A stretch of 64,000 nt of DNA. It comes from Paraspadella gotoi. Its lineage: Eukaryota > Animalia > Chaetognatha. How positions within the stretch are numbered: the stretch's first letter is position 1; every line of letters begins with the position of its first letter. The notes under the pieces are model-generated. The model searched no databases and had not been told where the DNA came from. It saw only the letters and a list, made by a program, of their open reading frames with translations. Shown in pieces: positions 44,373 through 56,991 of this stretch. The translations under genes and the position numbers were made by a program. The stretch covers positions 5,935,621 through 5,999,620 of the forward strand of contig CM119264.1 in the NCBI GenBank assembly GCA_051294375.1, read 5' to 3'.

Positions 44373-45589
44373 TTAACGAGGATACGCGGGGTTGAACGGC
44401 GGGTTGACGACGTCATTGTACGTCGGCGGGCAGTAGTTTTCAGCTCCGGCGAGGGATCCGTTATAGGAAGGGGGGAAACTGTCGTCCGGTCCGCAACCGG
44501 GGTACGTGCCGGGGGTAAACTGGGGAAAGGGATTTGGCGGCGGCGGAGGGGGAGGAAGTGGTCGGTGCGCCATCGGATGGGATGCGTTGGGAAACGCATT
44601 GGAGGGCGTATCGGGTGTGCCCGGCCGCGCGGCAGAGTGAACGGAAGCCGGCGTCGTACATCTCGGCGTCTGAGCGCGTGATCCGCCGGGCGCGGGCGGA
44701 ACGCTTGACGCGGCGATAGCGGCGTGAAGCGGCGCGCCGGAGCACGAGGAGGTCATCGCGGAAGCGGGCGCCGGAACGCCCGGCGGCGGGCGAGACCCGG
44801 AGAACGAGCCTTGCTGTTGCCTAGGATGGGCATCGCGTGGAAGGGACGACGGATTTCGTCGATCCCCCGACGACGGATGGAATTTTTTCGAATGACGGTG
44901 GCGACTTTGACGCCATACGTGGCATTTACGACAGACGCAGAGGCAACAGACGATTAGAGTGAGACCCACGACGGAGAAGAAGATGGCGCCTAAAATTCCG
45001 CCGAGAAGAGCGATAGAATCCTTGAAGTCCTGGTACTTGTCGTCGTATTCGTCCTCTTCCTCATCGTCCCCGCTTTTCCCTTTCTCGCTAGTCTCATCCT
45101 CTGGAGGGACGTAGCGATCTCGTCGGTTCTCCTCCAAAATTGGGTTCTCGTCGCCAAAGGGTCCCGAATAGTCGCAGTATTTCTCGTCCTCGGCGACTCG
45201 AGAGAGATCGCGCGTGGTCAGGCATTGATTCACGCCATCGCACCATTGATAGAGTTCCATGCCGAACACGCAGCCGTGAATGTTCGCCGTTTCCCAACAC
45301 TCGAAGCGTTTACGACCCATAAACGTGCAGCTGAAAAACGTACAATTGAATAAAAGAAAGGACGTCGATCCTCGTACAATTTTTTTTAGTTTGAACACAA
45401 CAGTTACACTTACATATGTTCGCAAAGGTAGGGATTTTCATCACTGTTGTCCCCGCAACTGTTGGTTTTGTCGCAAACGTGACCCATGGATACGTGAAGG
45501 CCATTACGACAGCGGAAGCCGCGCCCCGAGGCGCTCCAACAGGGACATGTCAAAGCAAGGACAAAGAGAACGTAGGCGGCTCGAGGCAT
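44373..45589 (-). CDS. Single-pass membrane protein with two LDL-receptor class A-like repeats and cytoplasmic PPxY motifs (LDLRAD-like), two exons
   Basis: Exon 1 has a signal peptide plus FRCRNG...CDKTNSCGDNSDE. Exon 2 has C...FEC...WCDGVNQC...DE..C, TM IALLGGILGAIFFSVVGLTLIVCCLC, and a Pro-rich tail with PPSY and PPTY. Confidence 0.8.
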
Positions 45590-46015
45590 AATGAGAAAGG
45601 ACGTTCCCGAAACTAAGAATAAGCACGAGGAATCTCCTTTCGCTTTTTATCTACATGGCTATCTTTGGACGTTTGTACAGATTCGCGAGATTCGAAAATC
45701 GTTGAGTATTGAGTTAATAAATGCGGAAAAAAAAAGTGTGGATGGAAGGTTAGGTTATCATAGTTTTCAAACAGTACGAAGATTGAAACGAATGAGATTC
45801 TTTTGTTATTTTATGTAATCTCGAGAGGAGGAATGTTAAATATGGCCGGAATAAATAAAGTCGTGTGGCGTGGAGGGAAAGTTGATAATACTCGTGAAAC
45901 TGAAATTAAAAAAGTATATAAAAAAGTCAACGAATGTAAACAACTCAAAAAAAGGGGGCAAAAGAAGGTGGCCCCTTGAAAGTGAGAATAAGAAGCTTTT
46001 CCTCCATCGCCGGAA

Positions 46016-47723
46016 TCAAAAGTCGTCGTCCATCATGTTCATATCGAAACCGGTTTCGAGGAATTCTTTGTAGGTGGCCATGAATTTGGCGACGAAGGCT
46101 TCTAAATGGTAGATGGGCTTCGAGCCCTGATTCATCCGGTGCTCGAAGGCGGCCGCGTCGCGCGTCACGGCCGCCCGGAGTTGACCATCGCAATTGCGCA
46201 CCAACTCCTTCAAAAGGCCACGAAAAATTACGGTTGCGGGAATGCAGTGGCAAAGGAGTTCGTAAAGACGACTTCGGACGTCGAGGAGTCTCTTGGGGCT
46301 TTGTTCGCCTACGATCATCGTTGCGGTCTCGCGGAGGTAAACCTTTTGATAAAGGGAATATAAAACCGATTCACAGCAATGGAAAAGAGAAGTTTCTGTT
46401 AGTATTTGAAAGTTTCTTTACCTCCCAGTCGGGTTCCATGACATCTTGAGTCTGTGAAAAAGGATATTGTTGGACTCGAGCGGCTTCTGCATATAAAATC
46501 GCCCGCCGGAGGTTTCGACCACTTTTTTCTGCCACCTAATAAAATTAAAAGTTGTATTTCAAAGCCGAAAAAAAATAATGAAAAAAACGAACCTTCTGAG
46601 CAAATTCCGTGGGCATGACGAGTCCCTCCTTTTTGCAAACGAACTGCAAAATGGAGATGATGACGTCGACGGAGGGAGCGGCGACGCGGACTCCCAAGCA
46701 ACGCGACCGGATAGCCGGGATGACCTTGGATGTGGAGTTAGTGCAGAGGATCAAACGGCACGTCGATGCGTACTTTTCCATGGTTCGTCGAAGGGCGTGT
46801 TGGGCGTCTTTGGTCAGACTGGCACAAAACGGAAAAGGATAAGAAAAAATAATAAGGCAGTAAACGATAATCATTATTTGATATTTTTAAGCCTTTGATA
46901 TAACCTGTCCACTTCGTTGATGACGACCACCTTGAATTCGCGCTGGGCCGAGGTTTCCAGCTGTTGCGCGGAGGCGACTGTCTTGATCAACTCCTGAATT
47001 ACTACGCGATCGTAGATCCCCACGTCCGACGGATTTACCTTGAGAATATGGAGGGGGAATGTTATTTGATCAAGGGAATCAAAAGAGAAAAAGGGGCGAA
47101 GGAAGAAAGGAAACCAAATTTGCTTGCCTCTATATGAAAATTTGATGCGACGGTTGTGATCTCAACTTTCTTCTTGGAAGGCGTAGTAAAGTTGTGATGT
47201 TCGAGTCTTAGACGCTCAGACCCGGAACCGTAAAGTTCACGAAGCACACATCCTATTCTAGTTTTCTTTCCCGCACCTTGAAGTTAAAATTGTTCCTTAC
47301 TTTTTAATGTAAAAATTATAAAATTAATAGAGGAGGATTTAGCTTGCCGTCCCATTCTCCTCTTCCTCTTTCCTCCTCCTCCTGCCCCTCGGTAGATTTT
47401 GTCAAGCGATACATTCTCCAGTTTCTACTCTTCGCGAAATATATGATTTTTACTATTATGTTAATAAAACTTTGCCGTTGCCAAAATAAACAAAATTTAT
47501 TACCTTAATTTTAAATTTAATAAAATTTTATTTTCCCCTTTTTCGTTTTCTTGTAAAACCGTAGTATATATGCAGATAAAGTTGTCTCACCAGAAGGGCC
47601 GTAGACCAAAAGGTGGGGAAAATCTCCATCCTGGACGAGCTTCTGAAGCTGCGAGGCTTGCAATTTGTGATAATCTAATCTCGAAAGTGAATTTGGTCGA
47701 TATTTATCAACCCACAGAGACAT
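46016..47723 (-). CDS. RFC3: Replication factor C subunit 3, multi-exon
   Basis: [78 protein letters not shown]. Confidence 0.97.
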
Positions 47724-48082
47724 TTTCTTTACCTAGAGATATAATGAATTACGATAAATATCGTACATGCTTTGTCAACTAAAGTAGCTTAAAAAAAAAA
47801 ATAAAATGAATTTGACAACTGAATCAACATAAAAAGTGTGAGAATTAAATCCTCAAAAAAGACAATCGAGAATTGAATATACATTGGTTATTTAAGAAAT
47901 TTGCAGGAAAAATACGAACCTAACATAATCATAAAAAATTATCAATGCATCGGAGTAGTAATGTATCATGATTTTGAAAATATTTAATAATAATAATTCA
48001 AAAAACAATGGCATTTAATTTTTTTTGTTAAAGGAGACGAATAAAATTAAAAATATAGTGCCTCTGAATTTTAAGTTGACTG

Positions 48083-51000
48083 TTAAGATTTGTTTGTCAT
48101 ATGCGGGGGCGGCGTCCCCGACGCCGGAGTCCCACTCTGCATGGCGGCCATGATCGCTGGATTCTGCTGGGCTACCGAAGTAGCGGAAATGTTTTGGCCC
48201 GTATTGGAAGCAGCGCCAGGAACCGCGGCACTTCCTGGGACCCAACCTCCTGGAGGTCCCTGTGGTCGCGCGGGGAAAGGTTGGCCCGGAGAACCTTGGG
48301 CGCCGGTTGTATTGGGATGAGTCGGAGGCGCGTTTCCGGTTTGCTGATTCGGGACGCCACTGGGAATGTTCCCTCCGGGCGCAGCGGCGTTCGAGGCAGA
48401 TCCTTGAGCGGAAGTTGAGGCACCCGCCCCAGAAGCGCCGCCAGGTTGAGCGGCGGGAGGGGCTCCTGGGAACAGTTCAAAAAAGATGAAAAACGAAATA
48501 TACAATTCTAAGCCTTTTGTAGCAGTATAAGTTTAGCGTGGGGGCGGGTTGACCCACAGAATCAAAACCTTGCGTCTGTGGAGCCAGGTTCTGCATTGCC
48601 GCTTGCCGTGCTCTGAATTCGGCGGCTCTCAGCTGCTCCATGTGAAAGTGTTGACGTTCGCGCATGAGCTCTAATCGCTGGTATTCGAGGGCCTCGCGTT
48701 CGCGGTCCATGATGGCCTCGAGTTCCTCAAAGTGACGCAGTTTGATCTCCAACTTTTTCATCTGCGTTTCGACCAAAAGCGCGACCAAAGATTTGATCTT
48801 TCGCTCCTCCATGGCCGCCAAGTGCTTCGCCTACGAGAAGTGACGTCACGAATTCGTTCGAGAAAAAATAAATAATTATCAAATACAATATTAGATTAAG
48901 TATAAACTCTTGCGATGGATATATTCTCTAAGGTAATTTGGCCCGACCTTAACAGCAGCCGCGGCTAGGGCGGCGGCGGCAGCAGCGGCTATTCCGCCCT
49001 CCTTTACATCGTCGGCAGACTTTTCCTTCTCCTCGGGCTTTTTCTCCGTCTCTTCTCCCGTGGCCTCGGTTGTTTTGTCCTCAGCCTTGTCCTTGTCCTT
49101 TGCGCCTTCAGGATCCGGCTCCGTGCCGGCAATGCCGCTGCTGGACAGACCGTAGGCGGGGTCGTATTTTCCGCCGGGATTTTCCGCCGCCGCGGTTTCC
49201 ACGTTTTTCACGTGGGCTTCAAGTAGAGCGTTGGGAACCTGGAAGCGGGGATGAGATGGTCGACAAACGTCACAACTGATAAACCAACCACGGGACACAA
49301 ATTTCTTATCAAACCTCGTCCTTCATCTGACAAAACTCCTCGAGAGCTGACTTGGCGGCGGCAGAGGCGATTCGAGGATCCACGACCGAAGCCAGAAAAG
49401 CCACCGTAGACATGACGGGGTTGCCTGCGGAGTGTCAAACATCAAGAATCAAACACAACCCAAATCCAAAGTAAAAGCGCCAATTAGAAAATTAAGTGGG
49501 TACCTTGTTTGGAGAATGGCAAGGGTTGATAACTGAGTGGACCGAGACCTCCGGCGCCCGAATTGGAACTGGATTCCCCGACGCCGTCCCACTCTAAATA
49601 GGGATCCTCGATAGGCAGTCGCAGAAAATGGAGAATGCATTCGTCTTGAGTTCGCGACCCGACGTGCTCGCAGACTTTGTTCCAGTCGTCCTTGAACAGT
49701 TCCAATCCCTCCATGAGCAAAAGGGTCTCTTGGTCAGTCCACTCTCTGGTTTCAGGGAAAAATATTTCAGAGTAGCGACAGGAAACGTAACTTGAGAAGA
49801 GAAAAAGGTGGCGAACCTGGAACTGACGGATTCCTTGCTCTTTAGATCCGCATATTTCTTGTTGTACTCGTCAGCCTTCAGCCCGAAGTTGTCCAAAGCT
49901 TTCGAAGCGGCAACTTCTTTACTCTCCTTCTCCTCGGCCTCTTTTTCTTTGTCAGCCTTGTCCATGTCTAAAACCTTCTTCGCAGCCGAAGGCTGAAAGA
50001 AATAAGTTGTATATAAATAAGTTTGAGCAAACAATGTCGGATCTGCCCATGATAATTTAGCTAAAAAATTATCCATGTTACATTACATGTTTATTGAGCC
50101 CTTGCCTAAGATTTTTATAGATTAGGAATAATTGATGATGATGATTATGATGATGATAATGATTTCAGAAGAGAATATACAAATAATGATTGTGAAGAAA
50201 ATTTCCTTTCATGGACGCTCATTAAGTTTACCTTCTGGAAAAAGTGAAACTCTACAAATTTAGTATGCTATGATTCAGCATATGTTAGATGCATATAGTA
50301 CATTTTACTACTAAAACTATTTTTAAACTGACTGCAGCTCGTAAGTAGGGGTAGCCGCACTCAATGGGGTGAGTCAAAAATTTTAGAGCGAGTACAAGCT
50401 CAAACGAAAATTTATACATTTTTAAGTATACTTTCAATGGACAAAAAATTTCTTATATGGCTCTATAGTATAGTGCTCAATGACACACTTTCCTACCAAC
50501 ACACAAAATTTCATCTCAATCTATCCATCCAATGATGAGTAATTAAAGTTTAATGCTAAGGTGGGACGGACGGACAGACATTTTTTTGCATCAAGTTTAT
50601 ATTCTGACATGAACCAATTGAGTGACCGACAAGATTGTGGGGGTGGACCGACGGACGGACAAAGTGGATTATAAGAGACGAAATCTGCTGATAAGCAGAT
50701 CTGACTAAAATTAAGGCGCGATTCAAAAATCCAACCGATGAGTTAAAAAATGGAACAGGAAAAAAAGTAAAATGAAAAAAAAAACCCGAAACATGCCTGC
50801 GCGGTTTTAGCTGGGGCCAGGGGCTGCAATCCAGAGGGTGTATCGGCGAGGACGTGGAAATGAGAAGTCGGCGGCGGCCCCATCGGTGTGGGGCGGCTGT
50901 CTGGGTCAACTTGATAGTTGATGAGGCCCCACTGCTCCAGAAAAGCGTGGACTCTCATAATGGCGCAAACGTCGCCGGCCAAATTACGTCGACATGCCGT

Positions 51001-54000
51001 GACCGTGAGATACTCGCCAGGGTTGAGCCTGATGAAATTAAAATCGTCCGAAATGGGAATTTATAAAGACTTCATTCTTCCAATACCGATTTAAAGTAAA
51101 AATAAAGTGAAATTATAAATGATAAATATAAAAATTAAATAAAAAAATCTTAAAGTATATAGTGATCTCGCCAGACGTTACTATCAAAGAAAATTAATAA
51201 AAAAATAAAAAAAACAAAAAAACAAATGATTGATGCGATAACAAATTATTGGTAATTAATTAATTCAAATTAATAAATTAATTAATTAGGCAATTCATTA
51301 ATTAATTTGATCCAAAATATTTGTTTTGATGGATTGATTGACTGATTAATTGATTAATTAACTGATTAATTATTTGATTAATTAATACATCTTGCATTTA
51401 CATTTAATATAAAATGAAAAAGATGCATAATCAATTAGTGAAACAGGTTTTTTTTTGGTTTTTTCCATTTAAACTCATTTCCACTCGCACGATTCCATCG
51501 AAACTTCATATCCAGCTCAATCCCACACTTCCCTACCCACACACAAAATTTCATTCCATTCCATCCATCTAATCACGAGCAATTGGAGTTTTCTGCTAAG
51601 GTGGGACGGACGGACAGAAAGACGGACGAACGGATAGATGGACATCGTTTTTTTTTGCATAACTTATCAAAATTCGATGTTCTGACATGATATAAGTGAA
51701 TGCCCGACAAGATTGAAGGGGAGGACCGACGGACCGACAAAGTGAATTATAGAGTCGAGATCTGCTGATAAGCAGATCCGACAAAAAATTAATAATAATT
51801 AATTAATTAATTATCTGATCAGCTGCTTACCGCTAATGAACGTGGGCAGATCCGGCATTGTTTGCTCAAACTTATTAATAAATAAAATCAGAGAAAGAGA
51901 GAAGTCCAGCCGCTGCAGAGCTCAACTCCTTTTTGAGAGCAACATATAATTAAAAGAAATAAAAAAAAAAATTATATAATACATGCTAATTTGCATATTG
52001 TAGTTAGTCATAATGTGAAGAAAATTCATCAAAAAATACTTGAATCCATATGAAACATGTCATTTTAAAAGATATTAACGATGAAGAGCGATATCTAAAT
52101 TTTGAGCTTACTACAAATACACACTTTTACAATTTCAAATTGTAAACAATTGTAAAAAGTGTGATAACGACGACGACGTCATTAAACTATTATCTTACCA
52201 AAGACGGGCCTAGGACCGTCTGGCGAGGTAAAAACTTCATACATCTATATTTTTTGGGAAAAAAATAGGCAGAAATTTTGCATTTTATCGCAGAATACCT
52301 GTAAGTATCGATCATGAAATTTCTATATGCCATATATATTTCCGGGTTCTTAGATTTGTTCTTCATGTTAAAAAACTCGGGCAGCCCTCGTTTTTCGATG
52401 CAGTGGATGGCGTTGTAATCGAACCAGGAAGCGTAGGAGGGGATGATGATGTGGTGCGTCTGCTCAGTCACGTTATCTTCGCCTTTAACAGGGGGACGGA
52501 AACATTATAAAAACTCAAACCGAAATCATAAAAGCCCCAGTGGGCTTTTTAGGTCCTGTCATCGCCACAACCCTTGTTCCCCCCCCCTCCTCCACCGAAA
52601 AACCTTCTTTCTTCTCTTCCTTTTTCTCGGCGCCGTGAGTGCTGCCCTCTCCGTCCAACTCGCCGTCGGCGTCGGAGCTGCCGTCGACGTTGCCGTCCTC
52701 GGCATCGAGGTCGGTCATCGACGCCCCCTTGAGAGGATGAAACTCGGAATCCAAGACGCGCCCTTTCGAACCTGCGCGAAAAACAGAGGTAAAGTATCGA
52801 TTTAATCATAGTGCCGATCGAGCGTTTCCAACCTAAAAATTATACAAGATATTTAATTCCATGCATTCATTATTATTTTAATGAAATAAAATCTAAAGAA
52901 TTTGATGATGATAACCATTTTTTGGTACAGTTTCATCTTCTTTGTCGCAAATGGCGATTTTTGAAACAAAAGGTGCTATTAAAATGGCGCAATTTTAGCT
53001 TCCTATGGTTACACACTTTTACAATTTCCAATGGTAAAAAAGCGTGATGACGATGACGACGGCGACGGTCACAAAGAAGCAGAAGCGAATCAACATCACG
53101 CCAAGTCGGGCGGGATAAAAATGGTCATCACCGATTCACCATCTAATTTTTCAGACCATATTACAGTAAAATAATTATGAATGGAATTTAATATCTTTTT
53201 TTGTTATCTTTGAAGGCTCTAATACCCAATGGGCCGGGCTTCGGCATCGGGACTTCAGTGATGTTAGGCTCTGGGGTCGGATCGTCCATTCCCGCCGTCG
53301 CGTCTTCGTCTTCTGCATCCTTCAATTTTTTTTTCTTTTCTAAAACGTAATAATAATAATAATAATTTTAAAAAAGATTATAAATTACGTATGTCAAATT
53401 ATTTGTGTGTACTCGAGGCAATGCGGTATTTTCTGACCTTTAACTGCCGGAGTGACAGACTTAGTTTTATCCTCTTTGCCCTTCTTTTGGTTTTTGTTCT
53501 TCCTGTCGGGCGAAGGCGAACGCGATCTCTTTCGCTTCTTGACGGACTTGTCGGGCTTCGATTCGCTTCCGTCGTGGCTCAGTTCGTTGTCGCTCATGTA
53601 TAAATCCTCGGACGCGTATACGGATCTAAACCGACGATTATTCTGCTTTCGAGCACTTTCTTTTTTTTTTTTAAATTTTCTCTCCCTCTTTTTTTACCTC
53701 CTCCTCTTCCTCTTTCCTCCCGAATCCTCATCGTCGACCTCGTAATCCTCCTCGTTGACCCACTCGTTGAACTTATCCGTGTCGGAGGCCCATTCCGCGT
53801 AGACTTCCCAGGGTCCGTCTCGGGAGGGCGGCATCTCGGGATCGACCATGCCGGCCACGCCCCCGGCCGGGGACACCCATGTATCGTAGCTGTCGGGCCA
53901 GCCTACCCAGTGGAGGAGGGCTCCGGCTCCGTTTTCCCGCTTCATCACGGGTCGGACGAGATCTTCCTCCCAGGACGTTTTTCGCGTACCGTGGATCACG

Positions 54001-54788
54001 TGCGTCGCTTCCGATTCGTTTGAAGCGAAGTTACCTTTTTCATTTCAAGGAAGTGGGCATGGTTTTGCGAAATAAAATTAATATTTTTTTTATAGAATTG
54101 TGAAATACAAAAAATAACTAAAACCTTGGTGTCGTTTGACAATGTCTTTCAACTTTTCGCGCAATACTTTATCCAATTCTTGACGAATGAATACCGTGGG
54201 CAACACGTAAAATTTGTTCTGAGAAATGAAGGAAGGGGAAAAGGGAAGGTAAACGACAGCTCCTTTCATTTCCGTCTGCCCTTCTTCCAAGAAGTTTACC
54301 GTGGTGAGAGCCTTTTCGATTTCGATAAAGATTGACACGTTTCTATCCATTCGACTCGGGTTTTGAAAGTCGAAGCGACGCCAACCCTGCTCGCTCTTGA
54401 ACTTGAAAGCGGTGGCCAGGATGTGGCAGAGAGCCCCGTTAGTTTTGAAATCCATGAAGAACCTCATTGGGAGACGGGTCAGCGCGGGCTTGGAAACCTT
54501 TGAGATTTGAGGGAGAAACATAAAGTAACTTACTTTTTACTTAATTACTGTCATCCGGTCAGTGAATAATTAAATCTCGCTCACCCCTTTGCCAAAGTTA
54601 TCCTCTTGAAACTGAACGAGTTGATCGACCAAGACGGAGAGACTTTTGTTGGTCGGAGGATCGGCCTGGACATGCTTCTTGCAATTTTTCTGCAGCCAGA
54701 GTCGGATCGGTTCGAACTGGGCCACCGTTTCCGGTGACTCGAAGAATTTGTGGTTTGGACCGCCATCTTTCTTTCGAACAATCGACAT
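48083..54788 (-). CDS. SMARCC2: SWI/SNF core subunit SMARCC1/2 (BAF155/170, moira), multi-exon
   Basis: [12 protein letters not shown], chromo-like [70 protein letters not shown], coiled coil [27 protein letters not shown]. Confidence 0.97.
50480..50710. repeat. Dispersed repeat module with (GGAC)n microsatellite, copy 1
   Basis: ACACTTCCTACC.ACACACAAAATTTCAT...GCTAAGGTGGGACGGACGGACAGA...GATCTGCTGATAAGCAGATC, also at 51470-51785 and 55860-56150. Confidence 0.85.
51095..52190. mobile_element. Dispersed modular DINE-1/Helentron-like repeat in a SMARCC intron
   Basis: Starts with the same GTGATCTCGCCAGACGTTACTATC terminus as 9835, followed by ATTA-rich units, the GGAC microsatellite module, CAGCCGCTGCAGAGCT and the ACACACTTTTACAATTTC module. 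Confidence 0.7.
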
Positions 54789-55859
54789 TTTTTTATGTTT
54801 TACAAAATCGGGCTCGATCGCATAAGCAACAAAAAACTCCTGGTACACAGTTCACTACAGGATTCCTGCTAGCTAATAAAAACAAACTAAGGGAAAAAAA
54901 ATGAACCAGAAAAACTACAAGATGCGTCTATTACAAACTTCAGTTTTTCAAAGTTATCGAAAAAGACCCAGGCAGATTAAACAATCAGTTATTTAAATAA
55001 ACAATGTTTTAAAGGCCAATCGACCCTAAATTAAGAAGATTTTAATTAGGGTGACCATCGGAGTGCAGTTTAAACACTTGATAGCTGTCCAATGGTGGAG
55101 CTTCGATGTAAGGGCGCCCAGTTTTTTTGCGAACCTTCATTAAAGAACAAGAAATTTTCGCCTTTTTTTCTTAGTTAAGATAAAAACGAAAAGTATAGCA
55201 AAATAAAAGGAGATTAATGGATACCTGTTGCATTTTCCAAACGCGTAAAATTGATTTTGTTCTGTATTTACACTCGTAATAATCATCGAAGTATTCCTGG
55301 CAAAAGTACCTTCCCTTTACGGTTCCGGAGGCGCTAAGACCTTAGAAGAAACTCGACCAGTTCGAAGTTATCGTAATTAACCTTGAAAAGGTTGCCATAA
55401 GAACTCACATTTCATCCACCGATAATAGAATCTGACGCATTCATTATAATACTCGCTTCGACAGCCCTCCAAGAAGTCTCCGGACGTCTGGAGTAGGGTT
55501 TCGCCCTGCGACATTTTTTACTTCGAAACTTTCATCTAACTAAAATAAAGACACATGATGCACGACGATGATATGGATCAAGCGATTAATTTCATTTTGA
55601 AATAAAATAAAAAACGTATACGACAATGAAAAATGGCGTGGCGTAACAGTCATAATAAAAATTCACTGTTCGATATTATCATATTTGATTGGATTTTGTA
55701 AAACGTTTTATTTTTATATACCTATATAAAAAATATAAATGCAAAATCTTATTTTGTTTTTAGATATGATTAATTATTAATTTTACTAATTTTACCCATT
55801 AATTTAATGAGTAATTGGCGTTCAAAATCAAATAGTGAAATAGAATTTTTTGTTTTTTT

Positions 55860-56150
55860 CCTCATTCGCTCGCCACGATTCCATCGAAACTTCATATCCA
55901 GCTCACACACACACTTCCCTACCCACACACAAAATTTTATTCCTATCCATCCATCCAATCAGAATTGGATTTGCGTATGACGGGACGACGGACGGATATT
56001 ATTTTTTTGCATAATTTCATAATTCGATGTTCTGACATGATATAAGTGAATGCCCGACAAGATTGACGGGGGACCGACCCGACCGACAACCGACCGACCG
56101 ACCGACCGACCGACCGACCGACCAAATGAATTATAGAGTCGGGATCTGCT
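55860..56150. repeat. Dispersed repeat module with expanded (CCGA)n microsatellite
   Basis: Homologous to 51470-51785; contains a CCGACCGACCGA array at about 56075-56122. Confidence 0.85.
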
Positions 56151-56991
56151 GTTAATTATGTAAAGTTTTCAAAAATACCTCTAAAATACTAGATAATTAG
56201 ACAACGGGAGTAAGCAGAGAAAACTTTCTATTCATAAAAAAAAATTGAAAATAAATTTGTCATTGTTATTCAGATTAATTGACAAATTACAAGCTAATAA
56301 TTCATGTAAATTGAGAAAACTATGGGTAAAAAATATTCATCTTGGCCTCGGTTAACTATTAAGTTATAGTAATAGTTTCGTTTTAATAATATTAATACTC
56401 CTTTTTCATTTATAAAAGCAATGGTCTGAAATTTTGTAAGCGTTTCTAGCTATATTAGTACTAAAGAGGCGTTCTGATTGGGGCACGAGAAAATTACGTT
56501 CATTGTTTTCTAAATGTTCACTAACGACGCTTGGTCGCGTGGTTTTTCAACAGATCGGCGGTTAACAAAGAGAAATGTCGTATTTATTACAAACGGGCCG
56601 ATGGATGATGATAAAAACGCCGGCAGACTCGTTTCGGTTTTCTTCGAGATGCTGGACCAACATCACAGGTCGCTCGAGGTTCAGACTGGAGTCCCATTCT
56701 GAGATTATGATATATTAAGCGCGTAACTGTCGATAAAGAAAAAATATCGAAAAACGTTTTATTTAAATGACTTGATTATAACTTCGGTTGATTTCTATAC
56801 ATGATTCAAAGTAAAATTTGTAAACGCGAAGAAAACAGATATAAATTCAAGTTGTTTTATAAATTCAAGGGATCGATGATGTATTAAAAGACTAGAGAAA
56901 AAAAAACGTTCGGAATTAGGAAAACTAGACATGACAACTGTCTTATCGTTTGAATATTTACAATTTAGTCTTGACAGTTCAATTCTAATGT

